Shown here: positions 1-4,735 of the stretch, one piece after another
Layout of the letters: each line of letters begins with the position of its first letter
Numbering within the stretch: position 1 is the stretch's first letter
DNA from: Nitrospirota bacterium
GTDB taxonomy: Bacteria; Nitrospirota; UBA9217
Reading direction: 5' to 3'
DNA: 13,005 nt
Assembly (NCBI GenBank): GCA_029858565.1
Contig: JAOUEV010000078.1
Location: forward strand, 1 to 13,005
Made by a program: the position numbers and the translations under genes
Notes under the pieces: model-generated
Told to the model about the DNA's origin: nothing
Databases searched by the model: none
Seen by the model: the letters and a program-made list of their open reading frames with translations, nothing else

Positions 1-498
1 TCGCAGGGTCCTTGTGTCAAGAACAGTGATGCCGGACACCCGCTTCGACCTGCCCTCCATGAAATCCGTCGCTCCTTCGATACGGTCCAGAACCCAGGTA
101 AGGGGAGCGCGGGTGCGGCGGTCCAGTACCCGCTCGAAGGAAAAGCGCACATCCCCGGCGGTCAACTCCCGTCCGTTGCTGAAGTGAATATTCCGCTTAA
201 GATGGAAGGTATAGGTCCTCTGGTCCGGGGCTAAACTCCAGGCGGACGCAAGGTCGGGGACGATCTCCAGGGATTCGTTGAAACGAACGAGGCCGTTGAA
301 GATCTTTGCCGCAATGCTGCCGCCGGTCACATCGGTGATAAGGGCAGGGTCCAAGGTTGTGGGATTGGCTGAAAGCCGAAGGGTCAGGTAACCGGGATAA
401 CGGTTCTCCGCAGGATTGCAGCCAGCGCAGAACAGCGAAATGACCAGCAGACCGATGCCTGTAGACAACGAGAAAAGACGCCGTTCCTGTCGCAGCAT
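1..498 (-). CDS. ABC transporter substrate-binding lipoprotein, family 5 (OppA/DppA-like), 5' part; runs off the window edge
   Basis: Not in the ORF track. Manual translation from ATG 498 gives MLRQERRLFSLSTGIGLLVISLFCAGCNPAENRYPGYLTLRLSANPTTLDPALITDVTGGSIAAKIFNGLVRFNESLEIVPDLASAWSLAPDQRTYTFHLKRNIHFSNGRELTAGDVRFSFERVLD..., open to base 1. It has a signal peptide with lipobox-like CAG-C and the family-5 motifs TLDP, IFNGLV, PDLAxxW, YTFHL and FSNGxxLTAxDVxFS. Confidence 0.93.
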   Translation of the reverse strand, partial: MLRQERRLFSLSTGIGLLVISLFCAGCNPAENRYPGYLTLRLSANPTTLDPALITDVTGGSIAAKIFNGLVRFNESLEIVPDLASAWSLAPDQRTYTFHLKRNIHFSNGRELTAGDVRFSFERVLDRRTRAPLTWVLDRIEGATDFMEGRSKRVSGITVLDTRTLR

Positions 499-505
499 TG
501 ATCCG

Positions 506-1237
506 CTATCTCCGCGAAGCTGCTACAAGAGCGGAGAACAGCTTGGTGGTCGCTTTGTCCGCCGGGGTCTTTTCCGGGTGCCACTGAACGGCGATCAGGA
601 ACTGCTTTCCGCGAAGCTCGAGAGCTTCGAAGACACCGTCCGGGGAAACCGCAGAGAGCCGCAATCCCTTGCCGGGAGTCTGGATGCTCTGGTGATGGGA
701 ACTTCGAACCTTTATATCGCAGTCTCCGGCGATGCGGCAGTCGCCCAGGCCTACTACATGGCATAATTGAGTGCCTTCAAATATGCTGATCTGGTGATAT
801 ACTGTTTCGCCGCTTCGTGACGGGCCGTGCTTGATCGTTTTGGGGATGTCCTGGGAAATGTCCTGGTACAGGGACCCGCCGAGGGCGACATTGGCAAGCT
901 GGGCTCCATAGCATATTGCCAGAATGGGCTTCTTGGCCTTGACCGCGGCTTTAAAGAGCTTGATCTCAAATCGCACACGATCGTCGTTTGCAAGACGCAG
1001 TTTGGCGCCTGGACGGGGTTTTTGCCGGTAGAAACGGGGGTGGATATCATCGCCGCCGGTAAAGACAAAACCATCTAACTTCTTAATGAGGTCCGGTATC
1101 GCCTGATCAAGGCTGGGAACCGGGACAGGGATGCCACCGGCCTTCAGTATTGCTTCACTGTAATCTCTGTCAAGCGTGTTGAGATATCGTGCAGGTTCCT
1201 TCTCAAGGTTCATTGTTACGCCGATCAAAGGCTTCAT
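506..1237 (-). CDS. Gamma-glutamyl-gamma-aminobutyrate hydrolase family protein (peptidase C26, class I glutamine amidotransferase fold, PuuD-like)
   Basis: Start moved to MKPLIGVT (ATG 1237), preceded by GGAGGT. Motifs TGGDDIHP, AICYGAQ (nucleophile Cys), GGSLYQD, SSHHQ and VQWHPE (His-Glu). 243 aa. Confidence 0.9.
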   Translation of the reverse strand: MKPLIGVTMNLEKEPARYLNTLDRDYSEAILKAGGIPVPVPSLDQAIPDLIKKLDGFVFTGGDDIHPRFYRQKPRPGAKLRLANDDRVRFEIKLFKAAVKAKKPILAICYGAQLANVALGGSLYQDISQDIPKTIKHGPSRSGETVYHQISIFEGTQLCHVVGLGDCRIAGDCDIKVRSSHHQSIQTPGKGLRLSAVSPDGVFEALELRGKQFLIAVQWHPEKTPADKATTKLFSALVAASRR

Positions 1238-1288
1238 GAGCCAACCTCCCCCGAAGCGGTTATGCATCCGAATACTATTGCCTCGAAA

Positions 1289-1317
1289 TTTATAGCATAT
1301 TTGACTCCCGTTGTCAG
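1289..1317 (-). promoter_or_regulatory. Putative sigma70 promoter for the C26 hydrolase / ABC substrate-binding protein unit
   Basis: Minus strand CTGACA (1317-1312), 17-nt spacer, TATAAA (1294-1289), with an extended -10 TGn, in an AT-rich intergenic region. Confidence 0.55.
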
Positions 1318-1392
1318 TGTGAGATTCTAGTTTTAGATTTATTGATTGCTGGAAAAACAATGGGTTATGAAATATGTGCTGACCGGACTCGT

Positions 1393-2316
1393 TTATCGGC
1401 TCATCAGAAGTTCCATGATCGCCTTCTGCGTATGCAAACGGTTCTCCGCCTGGTCAAATACGACTGATTGCGGCCCGTCGATCACGGACGCGGAAATTTC
1501 CTCACCGCGATGAGCGGGCAGGCAGTGCATGACCATGGCATCGGGTGCGGCCGCCTTCATCAGTTTGTCATTCACTTCGAAACCGGAAAATGCCTTGACC
1601 CGCTGCGCATGTTCCTTCTCCTGGCCCATACTTGCCCAAACATCGGTATAGACTATATCCGCGTCCTTGGCAGCTTTTTTCGGATCACCGGTAAGCATCA
1701 GTTCAGATCCGGTTTGAGATGCAACCTGTTTTGCCTCACGCATGATGCCGGCGTCAGGCTCATAGCCTGCGGGGCAACCGAGAGATACATGCATCCCCAT
1801 CTTGACACATGCTTCGATCAGGGAGTGGGCCATATTATTCCCGTCGCCGACATAGCAGAATCGCAATCCCTTGAGCGTACTTCGTTTCTCCTGGATGGTA
1901 AAAAGGTCCGTCAGGGCCTGACAGGGATGATGGAGGTCGGTAAGTCCATTGATGACCGGGATGCCGGCATGGCGGGCCAGCTCTTCGACCATGGACTGGG
2001 CGTAGGTCCTGATCATGATGCCGTCAAGATACCGGGATAAGGTGCGTGCCGTATCAGCGACCGGCTCGCCCCGTCCCATCTGGAGGTCTTGGGAAGAGAG
2101 GAAGAGTGCTTGACCGCCGAGCTGGTACATGCCCACTTCGAAGGAGACCCTTGTCCGCGTTGATGATTTTTCGAAGATCATCCCGAGGGATTTTCCCTTG
2201 AGCGGATGGTATTCAACGCCGCTCGCCCTGGTCTTCTTGAGCCAGGCTGATCGGTCGAGGATCCTTCCAATATCATCGGGGCTCAGCGCATTGACGGTCA
2301 AGAGGTCTTTGTTCAT
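1393..2316 (-). CDS. argF: Ornithine carbamoyltransferase
   Basis: Start MNKDLL (ATG 2316) after AAAGGAG. Motifs FEKSSTRTRVSFE, INGLTDLHHPCQ, GDGNNMA, YTDVWASMGQE, MHCLPAHRG and FDQAENRLH. 307 aa. Confidence 0.97.
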   Translation of the reverse strand: MNKDLLTVNALSPDDIGRILDRSAWLKKTRASGVEYHPLKGKSLGMIFEKSSTRTRVSFEVGMYQLGGQALFLSSQDLQMGRGEPVADTARTLSRYLDGIMIRTYAQSMVEELARHAGIPVINGLTDLHHPCQALTDLFTIQEKRSTLKGLRFCYVGDGNNMAHSLIEACVKMGMHVSLGCPAGYEPDAGIMREAKQVASQTGSELMLTGDPKKAAKDADIVYTDVWASMGQEKEHAQRVKAFSGFEVNDKLMKAAAPDAMVMHCLPAHRGEEISASVIDGPQSVVFDQAENRLHTQKAIMELLMSR

Positions 2317-2338
2317 GCTTGCTCCTTTAAAAAGCAAT

Positions 2339-2359
2339 GGGCGGCTGTGGCAGCCGCCC
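2339..2359 (-). terminator. GC-rich hairpin between argD and argF (terminator/attenuator-like or mRNA-stabilising)
   Basis: GGGCGGCTG-3 nt-CAGCCGCCC perfect 9-bp inverted repeat, followed on the minus strand by ATTGCTTTTT. Confidence 0.45.
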
Positions 2360-2386
2360 GGGATAGATGTAGGTCGATCGGGAAGT

Positions 2387-3580
2387 TCAGCGTCTGCTGA
2401 AGATCCTGTCAAGCGCGTCGATCAGCCTGTCGATCTCCTCTTCGGTTATGATGAGTGGCGGCATGAACCGCAGAACGGTATCAGCGGTGCAATTGATCAG
2501 AAAACCCTCTTTCAGGCAGGCGGCAACGATGTCCTTGCCGGGAATGTCAAGTTCCATGCCGACGAGCAGCCCTCTGCCCCGAACGTCCTTGATAAAGGAG
2601 TATTTCTTCCGGAGCTGTCCCAATCGATCCAAAAAATGCGCCCCCAGCCGGCTTACGCTCTGAATGATTATTCCGTCCTCGAGAAGCGTTTCCAGAGCGG
2701 CCACTGCGGTCGCGCAGGCAAGGGGATTGCCGCCAAAGGTCGATCCGTGCGCACCGGGCGCGAACGCGTCCGCGACGGGATTCGTGGCAAGAAGCGCTCC
2801 AATGGGGAATCCATTGCCGAGACCCTTGGCAAGGACCATGACATCAGGGCAAAGGCCTTCTTGCTCGTAGGCAAAAAGGCTGCCGCACCTCCCCATGCCG
2901 GTCTGGATCTCATCGAACATGAGCAGCAGTCCGTGCTTGTCGCAGATCCTGCGAAGCGACGCAAGGTAGCCGGCTGACGGGATGTTCACGCCGCCTTCGC
3001 CCTGGACCGGTTCAACAAGGATCGCGCAGGTCTTATCGTTCACCGCCGCCTCGACCCCCGGAATGTCATTGAACGGAACGAAGCGAAAGCCGGGCACCAT
3101 TGGTTCGAAGCCTGAATGGAATTTTTCCTGGGCCGTCGCGGAGACTGCGCCATAGGTTCGGCCGTGAAAGGAGCCCCGCATGGTGATTATCTCGTACCGG
3201 TCCTTTTTAAGGACCTCGCGGCTGTATCTTCTGCTGAGCTTGATAGCGGCTTCGACAGCCTCGGCGCCGGAGTTGCAAAAGAAAACTTTATCGGCGAATG
3301 AATTCTTCACCAGGCTCTTCGCCAGGCTGATCTGCGGTTCGATGTGAAAGTGGTTCGAAACGTGCATGAGCCGCTGAGCTTGCTTCTGGAGCGCGACGAC
3401 CACGTGCTGATTGCAGTGACCCAGATTGCAGGTCGCCACGCCGCAGACGAAGTCGAGATACTCCCTGCCTTCAGAATCGAATACCGATGCACCCCGTCCT
3501 TTTACCAGGACGAGAGGCTGCCGGGCATAGGTGTTCATGAGATACTGCTGCGACTCCTTGATAAGCTCGCTTGTGATCAT
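2387..3580 (-). CDS. argD: Acetylornithine aminotransferase (class III PLP-dependent)
   Basis: Motifs MNTYAR, CNSGAEAVEAAIK, SFHGRT, EPVQGEGG, FDEIQTGMGRCG, LAKGLGNG (PLP lysine), HGSTFGGNP and LRFMPPL. Adjacent to argF. 397 aa. Confidence 0.95.
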   Translation of the reverse strand: MITSELIKESQQYLMNTYARQPLVLVKGRGASVFDSEGREYLDFVCGVATCNLGHCNQHVVVALQKQAQRLMHVSNHFHIEPQISLAKSLVKNSFADKVFFCNSGAEAVEAAIKLSRRYSREVLKKDRYEIITMRGSFHGRTYGAVSATAQEKFHSGFEPMVPGFRFVPFNDIPGVEAAVNDKTCAILVEPVQGEGGVNIPSAGYLASLRRICDKHGLLLMFDEIQTGMGRCGSLFAYEQEGLCPDVMVLAKGLGNGFPIGALLATNPVADAFAPGAHGSTFGGNPLACATAVAALETLLEDGIIIQSVSRLGAHFLDRLGQLRKKYSFIKDVRGRGLLVGMELDIPGKDIVAACLKEGFLINCTADTVLRFMPPLIITEEEIDRLIDALDRIFSRR

Positions 3581-3589
3581 AGGGGTTTA

Positions 3590-3618
3590 AAAGTAACATA
3601 AAGTACACGGAAAATCAA
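3590..3618 (-). promoter_or_regulatory. Putative sigma70 promoter for argD-argF
   Basis: Minus strand TTGATT (3618-3613), 17-nt spacer, TACTTT (3595-3590) with TGn extension, 9 nt before the argD ATG. Confidence 0.5.
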
Positions 3619-3660
3619 ACGAAAAAGCTCTATTACCGCTGTCCGAGAGGTCATTTCAGG

Positions 3661-3689
3661 TTGTTTCCGGCCCATTGTCATGCTATCAT
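3661..3689 (+). promoter_or_regulatory. Putative sigma70 promoter for folD
   Basis: TTGTTT (3661-3666), 17-nt spacer, TATCAT (3684-3689) with TGn extension. Divergent from the argD promoter. Confidence 0.5.
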
Positions 3690-3721
3690 TAGCACCATAC
3701 TTCAATGATCCGGGAGGGCTC

Positions 3722-4621
3722 ATGTCAACATCCATGAAAGGGACAGAACTGTCCTCGAAGATAATTGCGGCGGTCAAGGATGAGACCGATCGGCTATCCA
3801 AGATCGGCATACGGGCCGGTCTCGCGCTGGTGCTCGTGGGTGAGGACCGGTCCTCATATATGTATTACCAGGCGATTCAAAAATCCGCAGAGCGCGCGGG
3901 GATCGATATCTTCAGCAATACGCTGCCCAAGACCGCCTCGCTGAACGAGATACTGAACCTCATAAAAAGCCTGAACAATGATGAGCGGGTGAACGGGATC
4001 CTCGTATTCATGCCGTTGCCAAGGCATATTGACACGCGGAAGGTCGTGAACGCCATAGCATCAGAAAAAGACGTTGACGGCCAGGGAGCGATTTCGGTGG
4101 GAAGACTTTCCGCTGATGAATCCACGGCGCAATTGTTCGAATCAGGATTTACACTGACGGCCCGGTCGACGTTCCTGCCCTGCACGCCCTACGGCGTTAT
4201 GCGGCTCTTGGAGCACTATGGTATCGATCCGAAGGGAAAGAAAGCAGTCGTGGTAGGCAAGAGCCTGGCCGTGGGAAAACCGCTGTCCATGATGCTCCTG
4301 GTGAAGGAGGCGACGGTCGCCGTCTGTCACCGGGAAACGCGCGACCTTTCCGCGGAAACGATCCAGGCCGACATCCTCTGCACCGCTGTGGGGCGCCCCG
4401 GGCTGATCACCGGATCGATGGTCAAGCCGGGTGCCGTGGTCGTGGATATCGGGATCAATGTGTTGGACAGCGGGGAGACGGTCGGGGATGTGGACTTTTC
4501 TTCGGTGTCCGTCAAAGCGTCGCTGATCACCCCGGTGCCCGGCGGCGTCGGACCGGTGACAATAGCGATCCTGCTCAAGAACACGGTCATATCGGCGAAA
4601 CGCATGATCGGCGTAGGGTGA
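3722..4621 (+). CDS. folD: Methylenetetrahydrofolate dehydrogenase/cyclohydrolase family protein (FolD); probably dehydrogenase-only
   Basis: Start ATG 3722 after GGGAGG. Motifs LALVLVG, GILVxxPLP, KDVDG, PCTP, VVVGKSLAVGKP, VVDIGIN, VGDV and ITPVPGGVGP. 299 aa. Confidence 0.93.
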   Translation: MSTSMKGTELSSKIIAAVKDETDRLSKIGIRAGLALVLVGEDRSSYMYYQAIQKSAERAGIDIFSNTLPKTASLNEILNLIKSLNNDERVNGILVFMPLPRHIDTRKVVNAIASEKDVDGQGAISVGRLSADESTAQLFESGFTLTARSTFLPCTPYGVMRLLEHYGIDPKGKKAVVVGKSLAVGKPLSMMLLVKEATVAVCHRETRDLSAETIQADILCTAVGRPGLITGSMVKPGAVVVDIGINVLDSGETVGDVDFSSVSVKASLITPVPGGVGPVTIAILLKNTVISAKRMIGVG

Positions 4622-4700
4622 GCGGAGATTCATTCGGAATCATTGCTGCGGACCGAGAAACATTCGGGTCGCGCCAGGCTTCTGCGGGAATAAAAGAATG

Positions 4701-4729
4701 TTGACAAACCCTGCGGCATCATTCACAAT
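4701..4729 (+). promoter_or_regulatory. Putative sigma70 promoter producing a leaderless mRNA for the CheW-LysM gene
   Basis: Perfect TTGACA (4701-4706), 17-nt spacer, CACAAT (4724-4729), then 6 nt to ATG 4736. No Shine-Dalgarno sequence. Confidence 0.6.
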
Positions 4730-4735
4730 CACTCC

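Noticed and set aside
1238-1360. N-terminal extensions in the ORF track for the C26 hydrolase, and likewise argF (2317-2412), folD (3680-3721) and the FlgT-like gene (8696-8824)
   Set aside because: Downstream ATGs have clear SD sequences and match family N-termini. The extensions run through predicted promoters or hairpins.
2129-2977. 282-aa plus-strand ORF antisense to argF/argD, and similar long antisense or alternate-frame ORFs (1468-2040, 4640-5356, 6878-7474, 8094-8747, 8135-8743, 8496-9068)
   Set aside because: They overlap well-supported genes, show no recognisable motifs or RBS, and are expected shadow ORFs in GC-rich coding DNA.
3581-3721. ArgR (ARG box) operators upstream of argD or in the 1238-1392 spacer
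   Set aside because: No convincing TGAAT/TGCAT-N4-ATTCA/ATGCA dyads were found.
4622-4700. Terminator or riboswitch (for example c-di-GMP) between folD and the CheW-LysM gene
   Set aside because: Only short imperfect stems (GATTC/GAATC, CCGA/TCGG) are present, without a U-tract or recognisable aptamer motif. The region also lies upstream of the predicted promoter.
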